Source of the DNA: Octopus vulgaris
Taxonomy: Eukaryota
DNA length: 64,000 bases
Reading direction: 5' to 3'
NCBI GenBank assembly: GCA_951406725.2
Contig: OX597832.1
Coordinates: 22,382,001 to 22,446,000 of the forward strand
The notes under the pieces were generated by a model that searched no databases, was not told the DNA's origin, and saw only the letters and a list, made by a program, of their open reading frames with translations. Position numbers and translations under genes: made by a program. Shown here piece after piece: positions 39,301 to 54,389 of the stretch (position 1 is the first letter of the stretch; each line of letters begins with the position of its first letter).

Positions 39301-39699
39301 AAATTAAAAATAATGTGACATATACATAAATAAATACAGTAATATTGTTTTGCTTTATTTTGGGATCTCAAATCTAGACGTATTAGCAGGGAAACCATGG
39401 CGTCACAAGAGGGTTCTCCTTCCTCCAGATAAAACTTAATTTGTTCCAGAAAAAGAAAGACGATGATAGCCAGACAAGAAGAAAGGAATCTACCGTAATA
39501 CAGGGCTGGTACTTCATTTATCGACACCAAAATTAAAAAATAAATAAACGAAATAAAAACTGTGGTAAATTTGATCTGGTTGGATTTGAACTCAGAGTAC
39601 AGGAATCCGGATGGAAAACAGCAAGGCATACAATCTGACATTATCATGACTCGATCAATTCTTTGCTTACATTAGTTAATGTATATTATAATAAAAAAT

Positions 39700-39950
39700 A
39701 AATGCGCCCTTTTAAAGTCTAGCCATGCTCACAGGCCCGGTTTCCCGGTTTCTATGGCGTATGTGTTCCCCAGCTGAACGGGACGCCAGTCCATCGCAGC
39801 GTTACTCATTTTTGTCTGCTGAGTGGACTGGAGCAACGTGAAATGAAGTGTTTTGTTCAAGAACACAACGCGTCGCTCGGTCCAGGAATCGAAACCACAA
39901 TCTTACGATCATGATACTAACACCCTAACCACTAAGCCACGCGCCTCCAC
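39700..39950 (-). mobile_element. tRNA-derived SINE with family C tail
   Basis: Head GGCGCGTGGCTTAGTGGTTAGGGTG...GGTTTCGATTCC on the minus strand. Confidence 0.75.
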
Positions 39951-41417
39951 AATGTATATTATACAAATAGGAAAATCCTTCGAGTCCACTTCTGTTAGCA
40001 TAAGCTACAAAATGAAATTACAGAAAAAAAGAAACATTAGTCAATTACAAATAATTTAAGTGACAAAGTAATAGAAAAATGTTACAATTAGAGTAACATA
40101 CTTAACACTCAATAATCATACGCAAACCATACATAAAAAGTGAAGAACATGATAACGTGAAGCAAGGACTATCTGTATAGAAAGGATAAACATACTACCT
40201 TACCCACCGGAAAAGGCCTCACAAATAATATACAGCATGCATTAAATCTAATTATAAAGTAGTTAATAATGTATTACTAATATGATCGAAATTAAAAATC
40301 TCATCATAACAAACCAAAGGCATAGAAGTCGTTGAATGGAAGAAAAAAGAAAAGGGAAGACAATGACAGAACTTCTAAGAGGTGGCAGGGGAGATTCTAT
40401 GTCGTTTCTTGATACGCAGGAATTATTGTCGAATCTTATTAAAATCACAAACTTCTCGTTTCTTAAAAATGAACGATGACACATTGGGTGATATAACTCT
40501 AGATATACTATATCTAAGAAAATGATGGTAATAACTACAGACGGCATGACTTTGATCAGATAAATTCATTCAGGGCGAATCTCCATCAAAATCATACCAG
40601 ACGATTATATACTTTACTAAGTTATATAAAAATCATTAAAATTGTAAACTTCATGACTTTAACTGCTTCACTGGTCATGCAAATATTACAATTTCACACT
40701 GTCTTATTAAGCATCTATAGAAAAGAGTTATAGCAACATGTTATAGCGCATAACAAACACAAATAATTAATAAAACTTTTATTGATGTAGTTGTCTTATT
40801 TAGGAATTTCGTAGGCAAAACTTGAAGATTGTCCAAGGAAGATATATTCATTTCTAGAGTAAGCACGAGACCTCCAAGAAAGATATGTATTGATTATAAG
40901 TTTTGACATAAGGCCAGAAATTCCAGGGGAGCGGGTGAGTAGATTACATCGAGTCCAGTGTTCGAGTGGTACTTATTTTATCGACCACAAAAGGATGAAT
41001 GGCAAAGTCGACTGCGGCAGAATTTGAGCTCAGAACATAAAGACAAACGAAATGCCACTAAGCATTTTGCCAGCTCGTCACCTTAAGGAAGATATATATG
41101 AAGAGCAAAAACAACACGAAAAAGCTAACGAAAGACACTGAGTGAATCATCGATTTCTTTCTAACACTCATGCAAGCATGCATGCATATATACATACATA
41201 CATACATACATACATACACACATATACACATACATACATACATACATACATACATACATACATACATACGTACATACACACGTACATACATGCATACTTA
41301 GATACATACATGCATGCATACATACATACATACATACACACGTACATACATGAATACTTAGATACATACATACATACATACATACACACACACATACATA
41401 CATACATACATACATAC

Positions 41418-41475
<58 letters not shown>

Positions 41476-41974
41476 TACATTCATACGAATACACATACAT
41501 TGATGCAACGGCAGAATGGATAACAGAGAAAAATGAAAAACAAAGCTTGTTACAGTGTGGAAGTAGATGACCTGTAAAATAATTCATACCTGGTAACATC
41601 GATGATGCACGGTATTGATGAAGGGAGAGATCCCGTCGGCAGGAGTCAAAATCATTGTATTCCCTAGGTGACAGCTAATGAAGGAAAGTATTACAGCGCA
41701 AGTTGTATGCAATATCTATCTCTTTCTCTCTCTCTGCTTCTTTCTCTCTCTCTCTCTCACTCTCTCTCTCTCTCTCCCCACTTTCTCTTTGTGTATGGGT
41801 GTGTGTGAATGTATGCGTGTGTGTGTGCGTGTACAGATAATAAATGCTCCATAGAAATTTGTAAATGAATTAACTGGAGCTATGACAACAATGCTTATCG
41901 GAATAAAATAGAACAGAATGGAAAGCCCTACTATATGTGGTACAAAAAAGGCATCAATATATTACCTCTGTAGA

Positions 41975-42035
<61 letters not shown>

Positions 42036-42294
42036 TATATATAAATATAAATATATTTATATGTATGTATGTATATGCGTGCGCGCATGTGCATGTATAT
42101 AAGTGTGTGTGTATGAATAAACACACACATACATATATAGTTCAAAATTATGCAGACAAATAGAGGACGTCTTTGATATTTCGAGCCTACGCTCTTCTAC
42201 CGAAAGGAATGAGGAGAAAAAACAGGTGGAGAGATAGAAAAATGAGGACAGAAAAACTGTGTCTGTATCAATGTTTGCGCGTGTAGAATATACA

Positions 42295-42344
<50 letters not shown>

Positions 42345-42384
42345 CATAGATGCATACGTATTATACAAACATATGCTCATACAT

Positions 42385-42431
<47 letters not shown>

Positions 42432-42632
42432 GATACATACGTATTATACAAACATATACTCACACATACTCATATATATATATATACATATATTTACCCT
42501 AGCACATACATACATGCATATATGCATATATATATATAAACATAGATACATACGTATTATACAAACATATACTCACACATACACACACATATGTATATAT
42601 ACATTTATTTACCCTACCACATACATACATGC

Positions 42633-42714
<82 letters not shown>

Positions 42715-43330
42715 ATATGTGTGTTTATACACTTGTTTATTTGCATATGTGTTTGTTTTACATGGATAATCATACAGAGCATTAAATAGCGACAGGCGAA
42801 TACATGGTCAGACGCTATCCTTTGTTTATTTATATGGCTGCGGTTTTACAATTTCCTAAATATTGGCTCGAACGCATTCAAGAATACATGCACATACAGA
42901 CATCAAAGACTAGAAATTGGTGCCACAGTAAAGAAATATTGAAAAGAATGCGTGGAATAGACAGTTTAATGAAGCGGAACAAGTGACAAACACTCATCAA
43001 CATTGCTTACTCGAAAGAATTCTTTTGTTTCTAAAGATCTGCAAAGATGAAAATAGAGTAACATGGTGTTATTATATTTTATATTTAGATCCAAGGACAA
43101 GAATTAATAGGGGTAATGAGTGGGGCCTGAAGAATGAGTGACGCTGGTGGTTTGTTTTAAAGAGTATTTATGCTGTCAGGTTTGTGTTGCTATGTAGTTC
43201 GCAGAAGAAAAGGGTGCATTCAGGGTCTTTGCAAACGTAGGTACGTTAAATCAAAACAACAAAAAGTGAAACGAAAAAAGGGATGAAGAAAATAGTTAGC
43301 ATTAGTGTGTGCATGCGTGCACGCGCGGAT

Positions 43331-43364
<34 letters not shown>

Positions 43365-43625
43365 CTGCGAAGGAGTGAGTGTGTGCGTATGTATTCTGTG
43401 CATGTGTCTGTCAGTGTGTGTATGTATATATACGTATATACATATGCATATGTATGCATGTATATATATATATATGTACATATATGCATGTATATACGTA
43501 TACATATACACATATTCATGCATGCATACATACATTCATACATACATACGTACATACCTACACACATACATACATACATACACACACACATACACACACA
43601 CACACACAGACGCATATATATATAT

Positions 43626-44362
<737 letters not shown>

Positions 44363-44508
44363 TGGTATATATAAATATTTTAATCTTCGGATTCTTTTTT
44401 TAATATGCTAGACCACTGGTCTTAATTGATAAATATCAATTTCTACCCTTAATTAATTTTATATATATATATATATATTATATTTATTAGGAAATATTAT
44501 ATTTATAA

Positions 44509-44733
44509 GGCGGCGAGCTGGCGGAAACGTTAGCACGCCGGGCGAAATGCGGTATTTTGTCTGCCGCTACGTTCTGAGTTCAAATTCCGCCGAGGTCGAC
44601 TTTGCCTTTCATCCATTGGGGTCGATTAAGTAAGTACCAGTTGTGCATTGGGGGTCGATGTAATCGACTTAATCCGTTTGTCCGTTCTTGTTTGTCCCCT
44701 CTGTGTTTAGCCCCTTGTGGGTAGTAAAGAAAT
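44509..44733 (+). mobile_element. SINE family B
   Basis: Full-length copy. Confidence 0.85.
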
Positions 44734-45600
44734 ATATATTTATTAGGAAATAAAAATTCCTGCATTACAGGGATTCAAATAAAATAAATCATTCTCAATG
44801 AGGAAATATATGTTATTTAGAGATAGTAGTCCCCATCATCACACCATATAAAAGAATTCTATTTTAATACTTACTCCTCATTTCTAAATTTCTCTGCTAC
44901 ACGCGTTTCTTGAGGTTCTTTTACCGTTCCTTAAGCACACAGTGTTTTACAGGAACATTTTCTTAAAACTCAACCCCAATCGTCAGGTCTCTAAATAACT
45001 TTATTATAATTCAATGCCAAATTCTATATTTTAATTTTTTAACAGATAAAAATATGCGTATGTATAAATAAATTCGCCGAACCTTACTGTGCAAGCCATA
45101 ATTTAATTCAAATAAAAAATTTTAATGATTACTAATAAAAATAAAAAATTTACAAAACTAAATTCTAACGTGATTTATACCTATAAACATTCATAAAAAA
45201 TTAATAATATGTAGGGATGAAAGTTAAAATATATACTTGTGGTGATATAATAATGAAAGCAATAACAAATAAATATATTCGAATAAAAAACTATAGTTAA
45301 AAGTGGACGTACACCAATGCGAATGAATATATATAAATTAGTATTTTTGTTGAAATTTATTATATTTTTTTTCTTCACTCGTTTCTTCTCCCTCGTACAA
45401 ATTTCTGAATAGCAACCCAACCACAAGGATCCAATTTGTTCCTCTTTTGGTAGGCTTCAGACTAAAGCTGGTCTGAGTCAAAGCAACAACTTTTGAATTT
45501 ACCATTTTAGTTCTGTTCACATCCAGGGCGCATTTCATAGAAATATGAAATTTACATATAAATGAACATATGAAATTTACATATAAATGAACATATGAAC

Positions 45601-45675
<75 letters not shown>

Positions 45676-45679
<4 letters not shown>

Positions 45680-45924
45680 AAAGAACTTTTTCTTCAGCCA
45701 TTCCCTTCGGTCTTTCAATATGTAACCGCGTGTGTGTCGTTGGCGATTTTCGTCCTCCGTCTTCCCTTCCTTGAACCTTTCCGTTTTCTATATTTCTGAC
45801 GAAGAGCTTCGCTCGAAACATTAACTCCTCCTTCTTTCTTTCCTTTCCTGAGCGTCCAATAACACTATACTTGTTCCACGTCCTCGCGTTGTTGTGTTTT
45901 CTCTTTGTGTTTTCATGTTTGGGT

Positions 45925-45928
<4 letters not shown>
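45676..45928 (+). mobile_element. Penelope-like pLTR remnant in (TA)n with a minimal hammerhead motif
   Basis: CTGACGA-A-GAGC-TTC-GCTC-GAAA-CA-TT at 45796-45822. Confidence 0.55.
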
Positions 45929-45986
<58 letters not shown>

Positions 45987-46012
45987 TGTATGTATGTATG
46001 TATGTATGTATG

Positions 46013-46043
<31 letters not shown>

Positions 46044-46272
46044 TTCTTAGATGAGAATGTTATTGACGGTTAGTACTGAGTTTCAGCTAACTACGTCACT
46101 GCCAATAATATTTTAAATAATTTTGCTTAAGAATAATAAATTTGTACTCTACAAAAGTATAGATTTTACGCACCAGATTAATGTGAATTTGTTTTTATTG
46201 TGACTGAACATGAAAACAAACGTTCATACACACATACATAACTATATATATATACATACACACACACATATA

Positions 46273-46356
<84 letters not shown>

Positions 46357-46419
46357 CATATATATATATACACATATATATATATATATATATATATAAT
46401 ACATATATATATACATATC

Positions 46420-46601
46420 TATGTGGTTGTGTGGTAAGTAGCTTGCTTACGAACCACATGGTTCTGGGTTCAGTCACACTGCGTGGCACTTTGGACAAGT
46501 GTCTTCTACTATAGCCTCGGGCCGACCAAAGCCTTGTGGGTGGATTTGGAAGACGGAAACTGAAAGAAGCCTGTCGTATATATGTATATATATATATATA
46601 C

Positions 46602-46655
<54 letters not shown>

Positions 46656-46866
46656 TTGTGTATCTGTGTTTGTCCCCGCCAACATCGCTTGAAAAACCGA
46701 TGCTGGTGTGTTTAGGTCCACGTAACTTAGCGGTTCGGAAAAAGAGACCGATAGAATAATTAGTAGGCTTACAAGCAATAAATCCTGCGGTCGATTTGCT
46801 CGAATAAAGGTGGTGCTCCAGCATGGCCACAGTCAAATGGTTTAAACAAGTATAAGAGTAAAAGAA
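46420..46866 (+). mobile_element. SINE family A
   Basis: Head, body and tail present. Confidence 0.85.
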
Positions 46867-47552
46867 TATATATACATATATATACATATATATGTATACA
46901 TATGTACATATCAATCTGTCTATATTTATATATATGCGTGTGTGGGTGTATGTGTGCGTATGAATATGATAAAAATCAAAAATCAAAATGAGAAATTCTA
47001 AATGTTATCGATTTTACGTCAGACAAATAAAAAACCAATCAATTTAGATTATCGATCTGGGTGTAAAGGAAAAAACAAATTTTTATTTTCTTTAACGCAA
47101 AAATAAACGCAGACATCCAAATGTAACATATTCGAAATTACATAGGGAAAATTATTTAATAAAAGGGAATCTAATTTTATTATCAACCCGATATATCAAA
47201 ATTTGTTAAGTTCCCAAGAATTTATTTTTACCTCTCGGGTCATTCAGTTGAACGATTTGCGTCATACACGGATCAATGAGCAAACCTTGCTAGAAATAGC
47301 AACCAAATCTTCCTTTAACAGTACCATGCCGTCTCTGAAAAAGGAAGAGCATATTTGAGAATATAGTCCTTAATGTATACTGCGGGTGACGTCTTTGGTT
47401 ATAGTTCCGTTTAATTAGGGATGAGCTGGGGCCTTCAAGATTACTTGTGAGTTGAGTGCTAAAACAACAAGTAAACAGACCTTAAGAGCCCCGTAAGGCT
47501 TCCGAGATTACTGGGGAGTTGGGTGTTAAAACAAGTAAACAGACCCCGAGAC

Positions 47553-47721
47553 CCTGGAGCACCGCCTTCAGTCGAAGAAATCGCCCCCAGGACTTATTCT
47601 TTGTAAGCCTTGTACTTATTCTATTGGTCTCTTTTTTTGCCGAACCGCTAAGTTACCGGGGTGTAAGTACACCAACATCGGTTGTAAAGCACAAATATAT
47701 ACAAGTAGAAACGCACAAATA

Positions 47722-47763
<42 letters not shown>

Positions 47764-47765
47764 AG

Positions 47766-47815
<50 letters not shown>

Positions 47816-47980
47816 TATGACGGGCTACTTTCAATTTCCGTCTATCAAATCCACTCAGAAGACTTTCGTTAGCCCAAGACGATAGTAGAAGACACTTGCT
47901 CAAGGTGCGAAGCAGTAGGACTGAACCCAAAACCATGTTGCTGGAAAGCAAGCTTCTTACCACACAGCTACGAATGCACC
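47553..47980 (-). mobile_element. SINE family A (diverged)
   Basis: Reverse-complement similarity to the family. Confidence 0.75.
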
Positions 47981-47988
47981 TACGTACA

Positions 47989-48079
<91 letters not shown>

Positions 48080-48080
<1 letters not shown>

Positions 48081-48245
48081 TTCTTTATTCTCTCTCCTTG
48101 TTTCTTTCTGTGTTCATTTCTGTGGAAGAGCGTAGGCTCGAAACATTAAAGACTTTTTCACTTCTCGAGCGTTATACTAATACATCTGTTTGTTGTCTAC
48201 AACACCTGTCTTCGTCTTTTGATTTTTTTTTTTGTGAATTCGCCC

Positions 48246-48250
<5 letters not shown>
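48080..48250 (+). mobile_element. Penelope-like pLTR remnant with a degenerate hammerhead motif
   Basis: CTGTGGAAGAGCGTAGGCTCGAAACATTAAAGAC, same family as 53510. Confidence 0.5.
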
Positions 48251-48283
<33 letters not shown>

Positions 48284-48297
48284 TACGCATGTATACG

Positions 48298-48335
<38 letters not shown>

Positions 48336-48351
48336 TCTATGTATACGATTC

Positions 48352-48396
<45 letters not shown>

Positions 48397-48412
48397 TCTA
48401 TGTATACGATTC

Positions 48413-48477
<65 letters not shown>

Positions 48478-48997
48478 TATATACATATTGTTTGTTTCTT
48501 CTTTACTGATAACAAAACACACACGTTCTTATGCTACTTGTTTGAAGGAGACTTACCACATCTTTTATTGTAATAAGAAACTGTCCACGGAATTAATGTA
48601 ATATTCGTAAACAATCACGCCTTTTCTCATTGTTTGGTAAACACGTCTTCGATGTATGGGTTTACTTGACAGCTTATCTCCCACACATTATTATATTGCG
48701 TTATGGAACAGCTTTCAATTTGTGTGTCTTAGAAATAGATTGCTATTCGCATAAATATTCTTTATATAATACTACGTTGGCAAAAATATGTGTGTCTCTT
48801 TTAATGTATCGTTTTTTTGTTTGTCATATTCATTGACTGTGAGGTTGAGAAGGCAGTTTTCCACCCACGTAGTTTCGGAATAAGTCCTACTGCGTGACTC
48901 CTGGGTAATTGACTTCTACTATAGCCCCAGGCCGACCGATGCCCTCTGAGGGAATTTAGTAGACGGGAACTGGAGTCCGTCGTACATACATACATAC

Positions 48998-49500
48998 ATG
49001 GTGGCTGCCCCCTCGTTATCGAGTATGGCCATTGCACGAAGCTTAATCAATGTTGTTATCGTGCAATGCCTGAGCAAGAAAATATTATTTTAAGTGAGGA
49101 AAGGCTGTGCACGGAGTCAATCCCATTCACTAAGCAACAGCAGCCACAATCCGAAAAGAAGAACAAGTCAACATCATCGGTAACCACTGAGCCGCAGGTT
49201 TTATGTCGGAGTTATCCCAGTTACCTGAGTTGCCTTCTTCTAGAAGGATGCCCTGACAAAGGCTAGGAGTCCTTCACTCCCAATGGTTTAACTGCGCGAT
49301 CGGGTATTCAATCCGATTATTTCTATGTCCCCGGGCATGATACAGCCTTAAGACATTTATTGGATGGCCGTTGACTCTCAAGAGTTCCTCCGCCTTTTGA
49401 CGGGTTTTGTTTTTCATCCCGCAGGGTGACCAATAAACACCCTCCTCACCAAGCGAGCTTGGTGGGGTTGCCGGTTTAGTCGCCGACGACCCGACCATGC
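48998..49500 (-). mobile_element. Non-autonomous RTE-derived element in (CATA)n
   Basis: The 3' end GCAATGGCCATACTCGATAACGAGGGGCAGCCACCATGTATG parallels the RTE tail at 23083. Contains RTE 5'-UTR-like GGGCATCCTTCTAGAAGAAGGCAACTC and no ORF. Confidence 0.6.
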
Positions 49501-50461
49501 AAACATACATACATACATACATGCATACATACATACATACATACATACATACATACATACATACGTACGTACGTACGTACATACATACATACATACATAC
49601 ATACATACATACATACATACATACATACGTACGTACGTACGTACATACATACATACATACATACATACATACATACATACATACATACGTACGTACGTAC
49701 ATACATACATACATACATACATACATACATACATACATACATACATGTATGAAGGAGCCAACATACCTACATACATACGTACGCATAGACAGACATACAG
49801 GCATATGCAAGCCATCAGTGTGTGTGTGTGTGTGTTTTGTGTTTGTCACGACCACACCCTGATAACCAGTGTCGGTTTGTTTACGTCACCATGATTTAGC
49901 GATCTGGCGAAAGTGTTTCATACAGTAAATATCAGTGCTGGGGTCAATTTGTTCGACCAAACTATTCAAGATGGCGGCAATCTAATGGCTGATATAAATT
50001 AAAAATCTGAAATTTAAAAAAATTAAAGCACGCACACACACACACACACACACGTGCACACACGCAGGTACACACACATGCACACACACATGCACACGCA
50101 TACACACACTTACATGCACACACATGCACTCACACACACGCACACACACGTGCATACACACGCACGCACCTACACGCACACACACACACACATACACATA
50201 CACATACATGCACACGAATACACACACTTACACGCAGACACATGCACTCACACACACGCATACACACGCACACACACACACATGCACACACACATACGCA
50301 CACACACACACGCATACAGACACACACACACGCATACAGACACACAGACACACTCACACACAAACACGCGTGCATACACACACGCGCTCACACAAGCAAA
50401 CAGGCGCACGTACGTAAACTCACACACACACACACACACAATCACACACAAACACACACAC

Positions 50462-50501
<40 letters not shown>

Positions 50502-50538
50502 ATACATACAACCGCTCACCCGCACTTTCAATTCATTT

Positions 50539-50585
<47 letters not shown>

Positions 50586-51356
50586 AAAATTACTCATCTC
50601 TCCGTCTTTCATCACCCAAACAGAAACCATTGCTTGCACCTCCTTTCCCATTCATTTCCTAACCGAAGCTGCATCAGAAAAGAATTACCATCTATTCAGC
50701 TTAAGCTATTGATTTTAAACCTATTATAGAAATACAGAAATGAACTGCGAAATGTTAAAGTTAACTATCTGTTAGAAAACACTGATTATTCTCTCATCAA
50801 GTTGTACGTATTCCGTGTCATTATTAATAGCGCAAAGCACACAATACAGCTAAAAGAAATTTGTTTATGCGCCACCAGGTTTTGAAAGTAATTTCTGTAA
50901 GCTATCGCACTCTATGTATATACACCGTTGATAGGCCAATCACTGTGGTATTTGTCCCGAGAGAACATCTTATTGACGTGCTGCGTTTTAAAATCACGAT
51001 AAAATATAGGAGCAAGGCGAGAATTTGCTCCAGCAGTGTTAAGCAAGAGCGTCAGAGGTATTTCGGTCTTGTTGGGCATCGTCAATGAAGTGGAGTCGCA
51101 TCAGGCTACGTTCTAAGTCGACTGATCGGTTTGGATCTGTAGCAGACGACACTCGCTGAAGGTGTCTTGCACTGGGACTGGACCGAAAACCACCTGGTTC
51201 CAAAAAGGTGCTTCTTAGCAACACAATCATTTCTGCATTAGCACACGCACTAGCACACATAGGCATGGCTGTGTGGTAAGAAGCTTGCTTCCCAATCACA
51301 TGGTTCCGGGTTCAGTCCCACTGCGTGTCACCTTAGGCTAGTGTTTTCTACTATAG

Positions 51357-51850
51357 CCGAGGTCGACTTTGCCTTTCATCCTTTCGAGGTCGATTAAATA
51401 AGTACCAGTTACGCACTGAGGTCGATGTAATCGACTTAATCCGTTTGTCTGTCCTTGTTTGTCGCTTCTGTGTTTAGCTCGTTGTGGGTAGTAAAGAAAT
51501 AGGTATTTCGTCTACCGCTACGTTCGGAGTTCAAATTCCGTCGAGGTCGACATTGCCTTTCATCCTTTCGGGGTCGATTAAATAAGTACCGTTTACACAC
51601 TGGGGTCGATGTAATCGACTTAATTCGTTTGTCTGTCCTTGTTTGTCCTCTCTGTGTTTAGCCTCTTGTGGGTAGTAAAGAAATAGGTATTTCGTCTGAC
51701 GTTACGTTCAGAGTCCATATTCCGCCGAGGTCGACTTTGCCTTTCATCCTTTCGGAGTCGATAAATTAAATACCAGTTGCGTATTGGGGCGGTCTAATCG
51801 ACTGGACCTCTCCCCCAAATATCGGGCTCTTGCTCCTAGAGCAGAAAAGA
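51357..51850 (+). mobile_element. Multimeric SINE family B, following a partial family A head
   Basis: Three core units joined by GAAATAGGTATTTC. Confidence 0.8.
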
Positions 51851-52050
51851 ATATATTTTATTTAATGTGTTGTACAGTGTAGTACTGAACTCTATTTTTA
51901 TTTATCAATTTTTAGTGTACCAGAAAATTAATTAAAATCTAAAAAAATATAAAATACCGATCGACCGCGATATGGTGAGTGATTATTTTATACATACCAC
52001 ACACATTTGTGTTTTTTCTATATACATATATGGATATACACATGTGGATA

Positions 52051-52217
52051 TAGGCGTAGGAGTGGCTGTGTGGGAAGTAACTTATTTACCAATCACATCG
52101 TTCCGGGTTCAGTCCCACTGCGTGGCACCTTGGGCAAGTGTCTTCTACTAAAGCCTCGGGTCGACCAAAACCATGTGAGTGGGTTTGGTAAACGGAAACT
52201 GAAAGAAGCTCGTCGTA

Positions 52218-52248
<31 letters not shown>

Positions 52249-52470
52249 GTACATACGTATGTGTATATGTTTGTGTGGCTGTGTTTGTACCTCCAACATC
52301 ACTTGACAACCGATGCTGGTGTGTTTATGTTCCCGTAACTTAGCGGTTCGGCAAAAGTGACCGATAGAATAAGTACTAAGCTCAGAAAGCATAAGTCCTG
52401 GTGTCGATTTGTTCGACTAAAAGTTGGTACTCCAGCATGGCCGCAGTCAAATAACTGAAACATATAAAAG
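52051..52470 (+). mobile_element. SINE family A
   Basis: Full-length copy. Confidence 0.85.
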
Positions 52471-53160
52471 AGAAAACATACACACACACATATATATATA
52501 TCGTTACAGTATGTACGAAGAAAAGGTGTGTTCGTCATGGTTGGAATACGTTTGATCATAGGTCAAATGTTTCAGAATTAGACCCACAACAACAACAACA
52601 ATAACAATAACAACAACAATAGCAACAACGACAATATCCTAAGCGTAAAGCGTAACAAGCCCACCGGAACAGACACAAGCAATCATAAAGTGTAGGTGTG
52701 ACCGTAAGTACGTGTGTGTGTACGGGCGTAAGCACATACATAGAAGTATGTGTAAATGTGTGTGCATGTGTGAATGGAAATATGTGTGGGTGTGTGTGTG
52801 TGTATGCATGTAAGTGGTGTGATAGCTGGGCTGGTGACCCATTAACATACTTGCGATCACGAAAGGTGAGCGTGGTAGCATTACTTGTTACACAACTAAG
52901 TGGGCTTATGCAGCATATCATCTCATTTCAGACACACACACAAACACACACACAAACACACACACAAACACAAACACACACATACATATACGTACTCAAA
53001 TATACAGGCATATATATGTATTTATATACTTATATATAACGTATGTGTATAAACGTATTTATAAATATATACTTATACACTATATATATATATTAAAATA
53101 TATATATATATATATTTATCTGTCATTCTATCTATCATATTTATCTATCAATTTATCTAT

Positions 53161-53355
<195 letters not shown>

Positions 53356-53644
53356 GCAGGAGTAGCTGTGTGGTAAGTAGTTTGCTTACCAGTCACATAG
53401 TTCCGGGGTCAGTCCGACTGCGTGGTGTCTTCTACTATAGCCTAGGGCCGACGAAAGCCTTGTGAGTGGATTTGGTCGACGGAAACTGAAAGAACCCTCG
53501 TCGTGTGTATCTTTCTGTTGAAGAGCGTAGGCTCGAAACGTTAAAGACTTGTTTTATTTATATTTCCTGAGCGCCATACTAATACAATTGTTTGTTTGTT
53601 TTCCACCTGCCTTCTTCTTTTGTCTATTTTCATAAAGCTTCCCG

Positions 53645-53697
<53 letters not shown>

Positions 53698-53905
53698 GTG
53701 TGGGTGTTTGTGTGTCTGTGTTTGTCTCCACACCATCGCTATCGCGTTTACGTCCCCGTAATCTAGCGGTTCGGCAAAAGAGCCCGATAGGATAAGTACT
53801 AAGCTTACAAAGAATAAATCCTGGGGTCGATTTGCTCGACTAAAGACGGTGCTCCAGCAAAGCCGCAGTCCAATGACTGGAACAAATAAAAGAATAAAAG
53901 AAAAA
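53356..53905 (+). mobile_element. SINE family A interrupted by a pLTR-like insert (53510-53646)
   Basis: Left and right halves flank the insert at the internal TA tract. Confidence 0.75.
53510..53547 (+). ncRNA. Minimal type I hammerhead-like motif, core variant
   Basis: UCUUU-CUGUUGA-A-GAGC-GUAG-GCUC-GAAA-CG-UU^AAAGA. A6 is replaced by U. Confidence 0.45.
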
Positions 53906-53906
53906 G

Positions 53907-53965
<59 letters not shown>

Positions 53966-53967
<2 letters not shown>

Positions 53968-54345
53968 CACAGAGAAAGGACCCTTCATCAGTTGTCGGCT
54001 GTCCGTCTACTCCTCATTTCGAGCACTCAACGACAATATGAGTTTTCAAAGACAATTGCTCCCATAAATTCCATAATAAAATTTTGGATTTATGGAGGGT
54101 CAAAGTTGGGAACAAAAACAGGACAGTGGAGACATACAAAGAAACCGAACGAAAACAAAGGGGTAGGTTCGTTAAACAAGTACGACAGTAAAATAGTGTA
54201 CGCTGGGAGAAAGATTTTTTAAAAAAGAGAATAGATAGAAGAGAGAGAAAGAAAAACACGCCCCATCGTTTAAACGTCCGTGCAGGAAAAGGAAGATGGG
54301 CACGTGAAGATAAGAAAGATGGACGATGGTCACGTGTAAGCAACG
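53966..54345 (-). mobile_element. Non-coding insert in (TA)n (pLTR-like)
   Basis: Flanked by (TA)n on both sides and carries hammerhead core motifs. Confidence 0.6.
53980..54042 (-). ncRNA. Candidate hammerhead ribozyme with atypical strand order
   Basis: CUCAU-A-UUGUCG-uugagu-GCUC-GAA-AUGAG-(15 nt)-CGACAA-CUGAUGA-A-GGGU. Confidence 0.58.
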
Positions 54346-54389
54346 ATATATATATATAATTTATATATATATATATATATACGTTGGTA

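Noticed and set aside
44745-45600. Possible mitochondrial insertion (very AT-rich)
   Set aside because: No mitochondrial tRNA, rRNA or protein motif was recognised, and a hammerhead remnant suggests a retroelement origin.
49460-49500. HDV-like ribozyme at the 5' end of the RTE-derived element (GG-GUCG..CGA-C-UAA)
   Set aside because: It resembles only the 3' half. P1, P2 and P3 partners are not present.
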